Below, piece after piece: positions 19,621 through 30,045 of a stretch of 45,975 nucleotides of DNA. Below the pieces are notes generated by a model. That model did no database searches and had not been told where the DNA came from. It worked only from the letters and a program-made list of their open reading frames with translations. Each line of letters starts with the position of its first letter. Positions within the stretch are counted from its first letter, which is position 1. The position numbers were made by a program, and so were the translations under genes. The stretch comes from Candidatus Eiseniibacteriota bacterium (GTDB lineage: Bacteria > Eisenbacteria > RBG-16-71-46 > DASYSL01), in assembly GCA_031431875.1 (NCBI GenBank), contig JANPEF010000085.1, positions 1 to 45,975 on the forward strand. Reading direction: 5' to 3'.

Positions 19621-21474
19621 TCAGCCGATCGTGTGGATGAGGATCTCGTCGCCGGGCAGGAGCTTGTGCAGGCCCTTGAGGACCGAGCCGCGCAGCATGT
19701 GGACGAGCTTGGAGCGCTGGCTCACGCCCACCATCACCGAGTCCACGCGCAGCCGGCGGGCGGAGTCGGCGATCGACTGGGCGGCGTTGTTCGACAGGCG
19801 CCAGATCGGGATCGGGGTCAGGCCGGCATCGCGGATCTGGTCGGCGGCGGCCTCGAGCGCGAGCAGTAACTCGCGCTCCGGCTGCAGCTGGTCGCCCGAG
19901 AACAATCCGGGCCACTCGGTCACGCCGAGCACGAAGATCGCCGTGTCGCCGTGTCCACGGGCGCGGAAGATCGCCTCGTCGATCAGCTTCGGATTGGCAT
20001 CGCGCAGGGCGATGAGGGTGCGCGACGGCTCGATCGCGGCTGCCTCGACCGCGGTCTCGATCGAGACCACTTCGCGACTGCGCCGCTCGACGATGTCCTC
20101 GGCGCGCTCGATCTGGCGCACGGCCTCGGTCGCGATCCACGGGACCTGGTTGAGCGCACGCACCGCCCAGTCCTTGCGGATGGCGAGCGCGAACAGGCAC
20201 CCCAGCGCGACCACCCCGCCGCCGAACAGCGTGGCCTGCCACTTCTCGATGATGTTCACGCCCCACGCCGTCGCCACCATCAAGGTGGTCACGATGCCGA
20301 CCCAGAACGTGACGCCACGTTGTTTCTCGCGCCAGCGCAGCACGTCGACGCCAGCCGAGGTGAACGTGAATGCACCGAGCAGGCCGAACGAGTAGAGGTG
20401 CCCGAGCATCTCGAGCTCGCCCTTCGTCGCGTGGACGATGAGGAACGTGATGATGGTGAAGAAGATGATCCCGATGTGCGGCGTGCCGAACGTGCGGTTG
20501 CGCCGGGCCAGCACCTTGGGCAGGTAGTCGCCGCGCGACAGGGCAAGGAACACGTGGTAGCCGCCGATCAGGGCCGTGTTGGCGGCGAACAGCAGCAGCG
20601 CCGACGCCGCGAGCACGACGCTCCAGGCCAGCGCGGGGCCGCCGTACTGGCGGCCCAGCTCGGAGATGAAGAACTCCTTCGACGCCACCTTGACCGGCTC
20701 GGACAGCCCCGCGATCGACAGCAGCGTGAGAGTGGGCGAGGTCAGCGTCATGGTGACGATGACGAGCAGCATCGCGTACAGCGCGGTCCGCTTGATCGGC
20801 AGCTTCATCGCGGGGGAGAGCTGGCTGATGCTCTCCAGTCCCGAGAACGCGAGCCACGCCCCGGCGAAGCCCACCAGCGCCGAGCGGGGCGGCAGGGTCT
20901 GCAACGAGCGCATCTGGTCCCACGCGAAGTTCCACTGCTCGGGCGTGAGTTGCACCGCGACGGTGCCGACGACGATCAGGTTGACCACGACCGCGGCGAC
21001 CGCCATCCACAGCGCGACCATGGCGCTCTCGCGGATGCCGATGATGTTGATGATTCCCAGGATCAGCAGGCCGATCCCGGCCATGAGCTCGATGTGGTTC
21101 TGGAACCACGGCATCACCGAGCCGATGTACTGGAAGGCGCTGACCGAGGAGATCGCGGCGGTGAGGAAGTAGTCGACGATGATCAGCATCCCGCCGATGG
21201 CGCCCATGAACGGCGAGAACGCCTTGGTGGCGACCGTGACGACGCCGCCGCCCTCGGGGTTGCGCCACGACACTTCGATGTACTTGGAGGCGAGGAGGAC
21301 GAAGCCGATGGTGGTCAGCGCGACGAACACCGGGGCGAGGTTGCCGACCTCGCCGAACAGGATGCCCGGCACGTAGTAGACACTCGTCCCGATGTCGCAG
21401 AAGACGACCGCCCAGGCGAGGATCCAGCCCAGTTGTTTCAGGTCGTGCTCGCCGGTCCTGGCTGGGGAACTCAC
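19621..21474 (-). CDS. APC-family permease fused to a C-terminal universal stress protein domain
   Basis: DIGTSVYY, GGGVV, FSGLESISQ, many TM helices; C-terminal VMVG...GSVLKGL; GTG 21474 with GGAGA RBS preferred over 21609. Confidence 0.88.
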   Translation of the reverse strand: MSSPARTGEHDLKQLGWILAWAVVFCDIGTSVYYVPGILFGEVGNLAPVFVALTTIGFVLLASKYIEVSWRNPEGGGVVTVATKAFSPFMGAIGGMLIIVDYFLTAAISSVSAFQYIGSVMPWFQNHIELMAGIGLLILGIINIIGIRESAMVALWMAVAAVVVNLIVVGTVAVQLTPEQWNFAWDQMRSLQTLPPRSALVGFAGAWLAFSGLESISQLSPAMKLPIKRTALYAMLLVIVTMTLTSPTLTLLSIAGLSEPVKVASKEFFISELGRQYGGPALAWSVVLAASALLLFAANTALIGGYHVFLALSRGDYLPKVLARRNRTFGTPHIGIIFFTIITFLIVHATKGELEMLGHLYSFGLLGAFTFTSAGVDVLRWREKQRGVTFWVGIVTTLMVATAWGVNIIEKWQATLFGGGVVALGCLFALAIRKDWAVRALNQVPWIATEAVRQIERAEDIVERRSREVVSIETAVEAAAIEPSRTLIALRDANPKLIDEAIFRARGHGDTAIFVLGVTEWPGLFSGDQLQPERELLLALEAAADQIRDAGLTPIPIWRLSNNAAQSIADSARRLRVDSVMVGVSQRSKLVHMLRGSVLKGLHKLLPGDEILIHTIG

Positions 21475-21669
21475 GCGCGCCGCGTCTCCGGGCTCGATCG
21501 CAGGCGGAACCGGGGCCGGTCCACGCGGGTGCGGCGATCGCAGGCGGCACCGTACCACAGCCCCGCCACGGCTTGCGACCGGACCGCCCTGAGGGTATGG
21601 TCCGGGCACCTCGGTTCCGGTCCGCGTGTGGCGGACGGCCCGTCGTCACCCCGGCCCTCCGAGGAACGA

Positions 21670-22302
21670 TTGCAGCCTGATTCCGCCCGCCAACTGGCCT
21701 CCCAGGAGCATGCCGTCGACCGCGAGCTGATGAATCGCGTGCGCGCACGGGATTCGGATGCCCTGCGGGCGCTCTACGATCGCCATGCGAGCCTGGTCTA
21801 CGGTCTGGGGCTGCGCGTCCTGCGCGACGCCACCGAGGCGGAGGACCTGGTGCAGGACGTGTTCCTGCACCTCTGGCGCCGGGCCGAGATGTTCGACGGC
21901 GAGCGCGGTGTCTTCACCGGCTGGCTCGTGTCGCTGGCCCGCAATCGCGCGATCGATCGGTTGCGTGCCCGCCGCACGCGCGAGCGCAAGGGCGACGAGT
22001 TCGAGGCCGAGCAGGCCGCCCAGCCCGCGGCGCGAGCCTCCGATCCCGCCGCGACGACGTATTCGAACGAGCTGCGCAGCGCGGTGGTGCGTGCTCTCGG
22101 CACTCTTCCCGACAACCAGCGCTCCGCCCTGGAGCTGGCCTACTTCGGCGGCCTGTCGCACAGCGAAATCGCGGAACGACTCGAAACGCCGCTGGGCACG
22201 GTCAAGGCCCGCGTTCGCCAGGGAATGCTGCGCCTGCGCGAGCTGCTCGGGGAGTTCGTGGACGCGGGAATCGCGTCCGGAACCGAGGAAGGACGCCGGT
22301 GA
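21670..22302 (+). CDS. ECF sigma factor (SigK-like)
   Basis: LYDRH, AEDLVQDVF, RNRAIDRLR, LAYFGGLSHSEIA, PLGTVKARVR; TTG start after GAGGA (alternative ATG 21730). Confidence 0.93.
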   Translation: MQPDSARQLASQEHAVDRELMNRVRARDSDALRALYDRHASLVYGLGLRVLRDATEAEDLVQDVFLHLWRRAEMFDGERGVFTGWLVSLARNRAIDRLRARRTRERKGDEFEAEQAAQPAARASDPAATTYSNELRSAVVRALGTLPDNQRSALELAYFGGLSHSEIAERLETPLGTVKARVRQGMLRLRELLGEFVDAGIASGTEEGRR

Positions 22303-23207
22303 ACGAGGATCGTTTCACGGAACAGGCGCCCGACTACGCGCTGGGCCTGCTCGAAGGCGAAGAGCTCGAGGACTTCGAGCGCCACCTCGCCGCCGGCTGC
22401 GCGCAGTGCGAGCAGGAGCTGGCGTCGATGGATGCCGTCGGCGATGCGCTGGCGTACTCGGCGCCGGCATTGGCACCGCCCGAGGCGTTGCGCGATCGCG
22501 TGATCGCCGCCATCGCGACCGATCTCGAGCGCGAGCGCGCCGGGGCCGACGCGCTGGATGCCGAGGCCGCCGCCGTTCCCGCGGGCCAGCCGCTGTACCG
22601 CGGCCAGCCGACCGCCACGCCCACCTACGAGCCTTCGCCTGCCGAGTGGCCGCCCCGCGTTCCCGTGGTCGCCGTGCCGTTGATTCCGTGGTGGGTGCGG
22701 GTCGGTCCGCCGCTCGCTTTCGCGGCCACGCTGGCGACCGTGGTCGTCGGGGCGTGGGCCTGGCGCATCGATCGGCAACTCACGCTGGTGCGTGGCGACC
22801 TCGAGCGCGTGCAGTCCGAGAACCAGGCGCTCGCCCGCATCCTCGACGTCGTGCAGTCGGATCGCCTGCGCGTCGTCGCGCTCGGCGGCCTCGAGGGAGC
22901 GCCGCAGGCGCACGGCCGCGTGCTGTGGTCCCCCGAGAAGAAGCAGGCCGTGCTCTACGCGTTCGACCTGCCGCGCCCGCCCGCGGGCAAGGACTACCAG
23001 TTGTGGGCGATCGACGGGCAGACGCCGCGCAGCGAGGGCGTCTTCGCCGTCGGTGGCGACGGCCGCGCCACCCACGTGCTGCCCGAACCGCCTGCCGCCG
23101 GCGGCGCGTCCGCGTTTGCCATCACGCTCGAGCCTGCGGGCGGCATGCCGCAACCGACCGGCGCCATCCTCCTGCTCGGCTCCGTGGGCGCCGTCATCGA
23201 CGGATGA
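22299..23207 (+). CDS. Anti-sigma factor, RskA-like with zinc-binding HxxxxCxxC
   Basis: FERHLAAGCAQC, TM helix, DYQLWAI, AFAITLEPAGGMPQPTG. Confidence 0.9.
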   Translation: MNEDRFTEQAPDYALGLLEGEELEDFERHLAAGCAQCEQELASMDAVGDALAYSAPALAPPEALRDRVIAAIATDLERERAGADALDAEAAAVPAGQPLYRGQPTATPTYEPSPAEWPPRVPVVAVPLIPWWVRVGPPLAFAATLATVVVGAWAWRIDRQLTLVRGDLERVQSENQALARILDVVQSDRLRVVALGGLEGAPQAHGRVLWSPEKKQAVLYAFDLPRPPAGKDYQLWAIDGQTPRSEGVFAVGGDGRATHVLPEPPAAGGASAFAITLEPAGGMPQPTGAILLLGSVGAVIDG

Positions 23208-23644
23208 GCCCATTCGTCGAGATGCGCGACGGGTTCACGCTGACGACCGATCGCGCCCGCCTGCCGATCGAGGAGATCCATCGCTGGCTCGCCGAAGAGT
23301 CGTACTGGGCGCGCGGCATTCCACTCGAGGCCTGCCGCCGCTCGATCGAGCACGCCCTGCCGTTCGCGATCTACGAAGGGGACACGGTGGTCGCGTTCGC
23401 CCGCGTGATCAGCGACTTCGCGACGGTGGCCTACCTCGGGGACGTCTTCGTCAAGGACCCCTGGCGCGGCCGCGGCTTGTCGAAGTGGCTGGTCGCGGCG
23501 ATCCAGCGCCACCCCGACCTGCAGAACCTGCGTCGCTGGATCCTGCTCACCCGCGATGCGCACGCGTTGTATGCGCAGTCGGGCTGGACCGCGCTCGAGG
23601 ATCCGCCGCGCTGGATGGAGCTGCGCCCGGTCCGGAATTATTGA
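23204..23644 (+). CDS. GNAT N-acetyltransferase
   Basis: SYWA, FARVISD, YLGDVFV...RGRGLSKWL, LLTRDAHALY. Confidence 0.92.
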   Translation: MSPFVEMRDGFTLTTDRARLPIEEIHRWLAEESYWARGIPLEACRRSIEHALPFAIYEGDTVVAFARVISDFATVAYLGDVFVKDPWRGRGLSKWLVAAIQRHPDLQNLRRWILLTRDAHALYAQSGWTALEDPPRWMELRPVRNY

Positions 23645-23667
23645 ATCCCCCAACGCGAGAGGTTCAC

Positions 23668-24648
23668 GTGAAGCGCACGCTGCGGACACTCGGGACGCTC
23701 CTGCTCGGGGCTGTCGTCTACGCGGCAGTCGCCGGCGTGACTCCGGCGCGCGCGTTCGATGGCGAGCTGCTCGACACGGTCCGCGTGATCCTTCCGGACA
23801 GCGTGATCACGCGGCTCGAGGGATCGTTGCCCGGCATGCGCACGATCATCGCCACCGTCGACGTGTGGAAGATCACCTATCGCAGCGACAGCCTGCGGGT
23901 GAAGGGCTACCTTGCCGTCCCGAAGTCGGGCGGCAGGTTGCCGTGCGTGATCGACAACCGCGGGGGCAACCGCGACTACTCGCAGTGGACCGACGCGCGG
24001 GCGATCTCGCGCCTGGGGCGCATCGCGGCGTGGGGTTACGTCGTCGTGGCCAGCCAGTATCGCGGGGTCGACGGCGGCGACGGCGTCGAGGAGTTCGGCG
24101 GCCGGGACGTCAACGACGTGCTGAACCTGATCCCGCTGCTGGCGACGCACCCCCGCGCCGACACGACGCGCATCGGGATGTACGGCTGGAGCCGCGGCGG
24201 CATGATGACGTACCTCGCGCTGGCGCGGACCGACCGCATCCGGGCCGCGATCATCGGGGCGGGCATGGCCGACCTGTCCGACATGATCCGGCGTCGCCCC
24301 GAGATGGAGACCGAGGTCGTCGCCCAACTCGTCCCCGGATTCGCCACGCGGCGCGACGAGGCGCTGGCGGAGCGCTCGGCGGTCCGCTGGCCCGAACGGC
24401 TCGCTCCGGCGACGCCGATCCTGCTCCTGCAGGGCAGTGCCGACTGGCGCGTCGACCCGGGCCAGGCCCTGACGATGACGGCCAGGCTCTATGCCCTCCG
24501 ACGGCCGGTCCGCCTGGTGTTCTTCGAGGGTGGCGATCACGGCCTGACCGAGTTCCAGGCGGAAGTCGACCGGCTGACACACGACTGGCTCGATCGCTAC
24601 GTGCGCGACCGCACGCCGTGGCCGTCCCTGGAACCGCACGGGCGGTAG
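23668..24648 (+). CDS. Secreted S9 (prolyl oligopeptidase-like) alpha/beta hydrolase
   Basis: Signal peptide; NRGGN, GWSRGG nucleophile, D..RV, GGDH. Confidence 0.88.
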   Translation: MKRTLRTLGTLLLGAVVYAAVAGVTPARAFDGELLDTVRVILPDSVITRLEGSLPGMRTIIATVDVWKITYRSDSLRVKGYLAVPKSGGRLPCVIDNRGGNRDYSQWTDARAISRLGRIAAWGYVVVASQYRGVDGGDGVEEFGGRDVNDVLNLIPLLATHPRADTTRIGMYGWSRGGMMTYLALARTDRIRAAIIGAGMADLSDMIRRRPEMETEVVAQLVPGFATRRDEALAERSAVRWPERLAPATPILLLQGSADWRVDPGQALTMTARLYALRRPVRLVFFEGGDHGLTEFQAEVDRLTHDWLDRYVRDRTPWPSLEPHGR

Positions 24649-24735
24649 GATTCGCTTTGACTCCACCTTCACAGCTCCGTTCCGGAGTTCCTGTATCGTC
24701 CGCAGCCTCGCGGACCGAACCAGGAGGAACCACGA

Positions 24736-26163
24736 ATGCGCCGCTTCGACCCGAACCGTCCGCTTGCTCGCACCTTCGTACTCGTGACGATGTTCCTTCT
24801 GCTCGCCGCACACGAGCTCGCCGGAGCCGCGACCGTTCCCGCGGCCAGGGCCGCGCCGGGGACCGGCGACGCGGCGGTCGCGGCACGTCTCGACTCGATC
24901 GCCCGGGCCGCCGAGGGCCGGGGGTTCTCCGGTGTCGTCGTCGTCCACCGCAGCGGGAAGGAGCTCCTCGCCCGCGGATACGGCCTGGCGAATCGCGAAA
25001 CCGGCGCGCGGTTCACGCCACAGACGGTCGTTCCGATCGGCTCGAACGTGAAGGAGTTCACCAAGCTGGCGATCTTCCAGCTGGTCGAGGCACGAAGGTT
25101 GCGCCTGTCCGATTCGCTGGCCACGTTCTTCCCCGCGGTCCCGACCGACAAGCGCGACATCACCGTCGACCAGTTGCTCGAGCATGCCGCCGGCCTGCCG
25201 CTCGGCGTGGCACCCGACGAGGAACCCCTGATCAAGGCCGAGTTCCTGTCGCGCCTCTGGGCACGGCCCCTCGGTTCGAGGCCGGGCACGGAAGAGCGTT
25301 ACTCGAACGCCGGCTTCTCGCTCCTCGCCGCGATCGTCGAGAAGGTGACCGGCGAGGCGTTCGACGACTACGTCGCGCGCGCCATCCTCGGACCACTCGG
25401 GCTCAAGGAGACTGGCCTCCGTCGCCCGGCGTTCGACCCGGCGCGCCTGGCGCACGGCTATGTCGGCGGACGCGACCACGGCACCATGCTCGACCAGCCG
25501 CACGATGCAACCGGCATGCTGTGGAGCCTGCGCGGGAACGGCGGCTACCTTGCTACTGCCGCGGATCAGCTCGCGTTCTTCCGGGCGATCGGCGGTGGCG
25601 CGCTGCTGCGCGAGCCGGCGCATCGGGCGCGCTTGTTCGACGCGAGCGGCGCCGGGGTCTTCGCGGGGTCCGACCTGGTCGGCGCATTCCTCTTCGGAAA
25701 CTTCCCGCGCGAGGGCTACGAGATCGTGCTGGCCAGCAACCAGGCCGAATTCACCGCAATGACGCTGCTCGAAGAGTTCGGGCCGGTGCTCGGTCTGCCG
25801 CAGGGCCCGCGCGGGACCACGCACGAGCTGGCGCCAACCACGCCGGTCGAGCTGCCGACGGGCGGCTCGTGGAAGGTGGTGCGGGCGTGGCTCGATGCAT
25901 TCCGCGCCGGAGACGAGGCGGGCATGCAGCGGTTCTTCGCGGCCCACGCGGAGAACGGTCCCGACGCGCCGCCGATGGAGCGCCGGCTCGAGAACTTCCG
26001 GCGGATGCGGGGCGACTTCGGTGAGTTCATCATCCACGCCGCGCGCGAGACGCCGGACGGCCCGCAGCTCGAGATCCGCACGGGGAGCGGCGAGCGCGCG
26101 TCGATCGACTTCCTCTTCGAGCCGGACGGCCGCCTGCGCGGGTTGAGGGTCGAGGTGGGCTAG
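24736..26163 (+). CDS. Secreted serine hydrolase, beta-lactamase class C / PBP-like
   Basis: Signal peptide; SNVK (SxxK), LLEHAAGL, YSN (YxN). Confidence 0.88.
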   Translation: MRRFDPNRPLARTFVLVTMFLLLAAHELAGAATVPAARAAPGTGDAAVAARLDSIARAAEGRGFSGVVVVHRSGKELLARGYGLANRETGARFTPQTVVPIGSNVKEFTKLAIFQLVEARRLRLSDSLATFFPAVPTDKRDITVDQLLEHAAGLPLGVAPDEEPLIKAEFLSRLWARPLGSRPGTEERYSNAGFSLLAAIVEKVTGEAFDDYVARAILGPLGLKETGLRRPAFDPARLAHGYVGGRDHGTMLDQPHDATGMLWSLRGNGGYLATAADQLAFFRAIGGGALLREPAHRARLFDASGAGVFAGSDLVGAFLFGNFPREGYEIVLASNQAEFTAMTLLEEFGPVLGLPQGPRGTTHELAPTTPVELPTGGSWKVVRAWLDAFRAGDEAGMQRFFAAHAENGPDAPPMERRLENFRRMRGDFGEFIIHAARETPDGPQLEIRTGSGERASIDFLFEPDGRLRGLRVEVG

Positions 26164-26885
26164 ACGAGGATCCGGTCCACCGCCTCGGTGAGCGATCGCG
26201 CGCGAACCACGCCCTCGCGCTCGAGGTTCGGGTAGAGCCCGTGCGGGTCGAGCAGCACCGCGTTCATTCCCGCGCGGCGCGCGCCCAGCGCGTCGGCGGT
26301 CGGGTCGTCGCCGACGTGCCACGCATCGGCCGCGTCGACGCCGAGCAGGCCGAGCGCGTGCTCGAAGATCCGGCGATCAGGCTTGGCGCGATGGAGTGCG
26401 GTCGAGGCGACGCAGGCGCGGAAGAATCGGCGCAGGCCCTTCTTCTCGAGGATCGCCTCCAGCGTGTCGTCCCAGTTCGAGATCACGCCCAGAGCGATGC
26501 CGCGCTCGGCCAGGCGGGTGAGCGCGGCCGGCGCGTCGGTCACGACCACCAGCGGATCGCCGCCGAAGTGCCCGGCGCTCACCGTGGTGACGAAGCGATC
26601 GACCGCCGCGTCGTCGAGCCCCAGCGCCTCGCCGATGCGCTGGTAGCGGTCGACCCACCACGCGGCGTTGTCCTTCACCTCGTGGAATGGCGGTCGCTTC
26701 ACCGGCAGCGTGGCACCGGATTCCTCGACCGCCCGACGCACGTCGGCGATCGTCCGCGTCGGATCGAGCGGGACGAGCGCGGTGTAGAGCGCGCTGTCGA
26801 GCATCGCGCTGGTGTCGAGCAGCGTGTCGCCGACATCGAAGAAGACGGCGCGCGGTGTGGGTCGTGCGGTGCGAGCGGGATCCAT
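26160..26885 (-). CDS. HAD-IA family hydrolase (REG-2-like)
   Basis: FFDVGDTL, VISNWD, KPD, HVGD...D. Confidence 0.9.
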   Translation of the reverse strand: MDPARTARPTPRAVFFDVGDTLLDTSAMLDSALYTALVPLDPTRTIADVRRAVEESGATLPVKRPPFHEVKDNAAWWVDRYQRIGEALGLDDAAVDRFVTTVSAGHFGGDPLVVVTDAPAALTRLAERGIALGVISNWDDTLEAILEKKGLRRFFRACVASTALHRAKPDRRIFEHALGLLGVDAADAWHVGDDPTADALGARRAGMNAVLLDPHGLYPNLEREGVVRARSLTEAVDRILV

Positions 26886-26948
26886 GAGCCTCGTCCGGAG
26901 GAGTGGGGCGTGCTACGCTTCCGGCACCATGCTCGCACGGACGATTCG

Positions 26949-27551
26949 ATGAAGGAAGGAGCGCTTTCCCCCGACGGTGCGGCGCGCGCCGCCGCGCATC
27001 TCGATGCGGCGCTGCGTGCACTCGGCGTGCCGTCCGAAGGCCCGCACCTGGCCGGCACGCCGGAGCGGGTCGCGCGCCTGTGGGCGCAGCTCTTCTCCGG
27101 GCTCGATCCCGCGCACACGCCCGACGTGGGCGCGTTCCCCAACCCGTCGCCGGGCATCGGGATGGTGCTCGCCGCCGATCTCCCGTTCCATTCGATGTGC
27201 GCCCACCACCTGTTGCCATTCTTCGGTCGCGCCCACGTGGCCTACCTGCCGGGCGCTTCGATCGTCGGGCTGGGCGTACTGCCGCGCCTGGTCGATCACC
27301 ACGCGCGTCGCCCCACGCTGCAGGAGGACCTGGCGGCCGGCGTCGCCGATGCGCTGGAACACGCCGTCGCGCCGCACGGAGTCGCGGTGCTCCTCGTCGG
27401 GCGCCACCTGTGCATGGAGATGCGCGGCGCCCGCCGGCGCGCGCGCGTGGAGACCACCACCTGGCGCGGCGCGTTCGCCGACGATCGGGCGTTGCGGGCC
27501 GAGTTTCTCGATGCCGCGCGCGGGCCGGGGCGGCCAAGGAGTGCACGATGA
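26949..27551 (+). CDS. folE: GTP cyclohydrolase I (divergent)
   Basis: TPERVAR, SMCAHHLLPFFGRAHVAYLP, LQE, HLCMEMRG. Confidence 0.88.
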   Translation: MKEGALSPDGAARAAAHLDAALRALGVPSEGPHLAGTPERVARLWAQLFSGLDPAHTPDVGAFPNPSPGIGMVLAADLPFHSMCAHHLLPFFGRAHVAYLPGASIVGLGVLPRLVDHHARRPTLQEDLAAGVADALEHAVAPHGVAVLLVGRHLCMEMRGARRRARVETTTWRGAFADDRALRAEFLDAARGPGRPRSAR

Positions 27552-28510
27552 GCGCGAACCCGCCGTCCGTCCGCCGCAGCGAAGGGCGCTGGCCCATCGG
27601 CACGCGCCCCGATGGCTCGGCGCTGGAGCTGCCCTACATCCGGTGGGACGGCGGGCCCGGCGCCCATCTCTACATCGGCGTCACGATCCACGGCGACGAG
27701 GTGACCGGCCAGGCCAGCCTGTGGCGCGTGGGCGCGTGGCTCGAGCAGAGCGTCCTGCATGGGACCGTGACCGCCGTGCCGGTGCAGAATCCCGAAGGCT
27801 TCAACTACAACGTGCGCGGCATGCACGGGCGCACCGTCGATCCCAACCGCGTGTATCCGGGTGACCCCAGGGGCGAGACGATGGAGCGCGTCACCGCGCG
27901 CATCACCGCCGCCGCGCTCGAGGCCGACGCCGCCATCGACGTCCACACCGCCGGCTGGGCCATGCCGTACATCCTGCTCGATCCCGTCGCCGACCCCGAG
28001 CTGGCGGCCCGCACGCGCGCTCTCGCACGAGCCGCCGGCATCACGCTGGTCGACGAGTTCGCCAGCGAGGAATACGAGAAGGAGGGCCTCGCCGCCTCGT
28101 TGCCGCCGGCCATGCTGGCCGCGGGCAAGCCGGCATTCACGCTCGAGCTGGGCGGCCACGGTCACATCGAGTGGACGCAGGTCGAGGCGGGCGCGGTGGC
28201 GCTGCGCAACGTCATCCGCCACCTTGCGATCGTGCGCGACGAGAGCGAGGGCGTGCAGGACGTTCCCGCGTTCGAGGACGAGGGCCGCCAGCGCACCGAC
28301 TTCTTCTGTGACCACGGCGGCCTGATCGAGTTCGTCGTCCGCCCTGGCGAGCGCGTCGAGCGCGGCCGCCGCGTGGCGCGGATCCGCAACGTGTACGGGC
28401 GCGTCATCGAGGAGATCCTGGCACCGCGCACGGGCATCGTCCTCGCGCTGGCACCGACGAGCGCCGTGTGGAGCGGTGCGTACCTCGGGGAGATCGCCGC
28501 GGAGGACTGA
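27548..28510 (+). CDS. Succinylglutamate desuccinylase/aspartoacylase family (M14-like)
   Basis: IHGDE, NRVYPG, IDVH, TLELG; C-terminal biotinyl-like barrel. Confidence 0.88.
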   Translation: MSANPPSVRRSEGRWPIGTRPDGSALELPYIRWDGGPGAHLYIGVTIHGDEVTGQASLWRVGAWLEQSVLHGTVTAVPVQNPEGFNYNVRGMHGRTVDPNRVYPGDPRGETMERVTARITAAALEADAAIDVHTAGWAMPYILLDPVADPELAARTRALARAAGITLVDEFASEEYEKEGLAASLPPAMLAAGKPAFTLELGGHGHIEWTQVEAGAVALRNVIRHLAIVRDESEGVQDVPAFEDEGRQRTDFFCDHGGLIEFVVRPGERVERGRRVARIRNVYGRVIEEILAPRTGIVLALAPTSAVWSGAYLGEIAAED

Positions 28511-28557
28511 CGGCCGGATCCTGCACTCCACACCCTCGCCGCTCGGTGGGCACACGC

Positions 28558-30015
28558 ATGCGCATCCTGTTCTGGTTCCGCAAGGATCTCCGCCTCGACG
28601 ACAACTCCGGCCTCGCCGCCGCCGCGCGCGACGCGGGCGGCAATGTCGTGCCGTTCTATGGCAGCGAGCCCGCCATCCTCACGCGGCCGGACATCGCGCC
28701 GATCCGCGTTCAGTTCGTGCTCGACTCCCTGGCCGACCTCTCCGCGGCGTGTGCGCGGGCGGGTTCCCGCCTCGCGCTGGCGCACGGCGATGCGACGACC
28801 ATGGTGCTCGCCGCCGCCCGCGCCTGCGGCGCGGATGCGGTCTACTGGAACGACGAGTACGAACCCGCGTTGCGCGCGCGCGACGCCGCGGTCGAGGCGA
28901 CGCTGCGCGGCGCGGGGTTCGGCGTCGAGCGGTTCCACGATCGCCTGCTCGTCCCGCCCGATGAAGTGCGCACCCGGGCGGGAACGCCGTTCACCGTGTA
29001 CACGCCGTATCGCCGCGCCTGCGAGGCGTTGCCCGTGCCGCTGCCGTCGCCGCTGCCGGCGGTGACGCGCCTGGCGGCGCATGAACTGCCGGCGCCGCCC
29101 CTGGCGACCCTGGCGCAGCTCGGTTTCCCGATGGTACCGCGCGACGCGCTTGCCGCGTGGCACGGCGGAGCCTCGGCCGCGGCGCGCCGGCTGGAGACTT
29201 TCCTCGAGCACGCGCTTGCGCGCTATATGGGCGAGCGCGACTTTCCGGCGGCGGCGGCGCACTCACGACTCTCGGCGGATCTCAAGTTCGGGACGATCGG
29301 TGTGCGGCGCGCCGCGCACGGGGCGCTCGCGGTAGCGGACGGCGGGCGCGGCGGGCCGGCGCTGCGCTCCTCGGTCGACAAGTTCATCGCCGAGCTGCGC
29401 TGGCGCGACTTCTACGCGCAGGTGCTGCATCACCACCCGCACGCCGCGGCGGGCGCGTTCCGCCGCGAATTCGACGCGATCCGCTGGGCGGGCGCCGACG
29501 CATGGTTCGAGGCATGGAAGGAGGGCCGCACCGGCTACCCGATCGTCGATGCGGCGATGCGCGAGCTGGCGGCGACCGGCTTCATGCACAACCGCGCGCG
29601 CATGATCGTCGCGTCCTTCCTGACGAAGGACCTGTTGACCGACTGGCGGCGCGGCGAGCGGTGGTTCATGCAGAACCTGGTCGATGGCGACCTGGCGAGC
29701 AACAACGGCGGGTGGCAATGGGCCGCCGGGACGGGCACGGACGCACAGCCGTACTTCCGCATCTTCAACCCGGTGCTGCAGGGCGTGCGCTTCGATCCCG
29801 ACGGCACGTACGTGAAGCGCTGGGTGCCGGAACTGGCCGACGTGCCGACCGAGTTCGTGCACACGCCGTGGGAGATCGGGACGAAGCGGCGCCGCGGGAC
29901 GACGGGGCTGTTCCCGGACACGGTCCCACCTGCGGCGTATCCGGAACGCATCGTCATCCACGAGGAGATGCGCGAGCGGGCACTCGCGATGTACCGGGCC
30001 GCCTCGAACCCCTAG
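28558..30015 (+). CDS. phrB: Deoxyribodipyrimidine photolyase (class I CPD)
   Basis: WFRKDLRLDDN, WRDFY, GRTGYPIVDAAMR, GFMHNRARM, DGDLASNNGGWQW, YFRIFNP. Confidence 0.95.
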   Translation: MRILFWFRKDLRLDDNSGLAAAARDAGGNVVPFYGSEPAILTRPDIAPIRVQFVLDSLADLSAACARAGSRLALAHGDATTMVLAAARACGADAVYWNDEYEPALRARDAAVEATLRGAGFGVERFHDRLLVPPDEVRTRAGTPFTVYTPYRRACEALPVPLPSPLPAVTRLAAHELPAPPLATLAQLGFPMVPRDALAAWHGGASAAARRLETFLEHALARYMGERDFPAAAAHSRLSADLKFGTIGVRRAAHGALAVADGGRGGPALRSSVDKFIAELRWRDFYAQVLHHHPHAAAGAFRREFDAIRWAGADAWFEAWKEGRTGYPIVDAAMRELAATGFMHNRARMIVASFLTKDLLTDWRRGERWFMQNLVDGDLASNNGGWQWAAGTGTDAQPYFRIFNPVLQGVRFDPDGTYVKRWVPELADVPTEFVHTPWEIGTKRRRGTTGLFPDTVPPAAYPERIVIHEEMRERALAMYRAASNP

Positions 30016-30045
30016 CGTTTCGGCATTGCCGTGGCGTTCGCCCGC

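Noticed and set aside
21480..21660. c-di-AMP (ydaO) riboswitch upstream of the APC-USP transporter
   Set aside because: The conserved riboswitch motifs are not seen; there is only a 12-bp direct repeat (GATCGCAGGCGG) and a -10-like element in a short divergent region.
24657..24700. MerR-type promoter upstream of the serine hydrolase
   Set aside because: TTGACT and TATCGT are about 31 bp apart and the dyad is weak.
26160..26885. HAD motif I reads DxG instead of DxD
   Set aside because: Common in REG-2-like HAD-IA proteins; not unusual.
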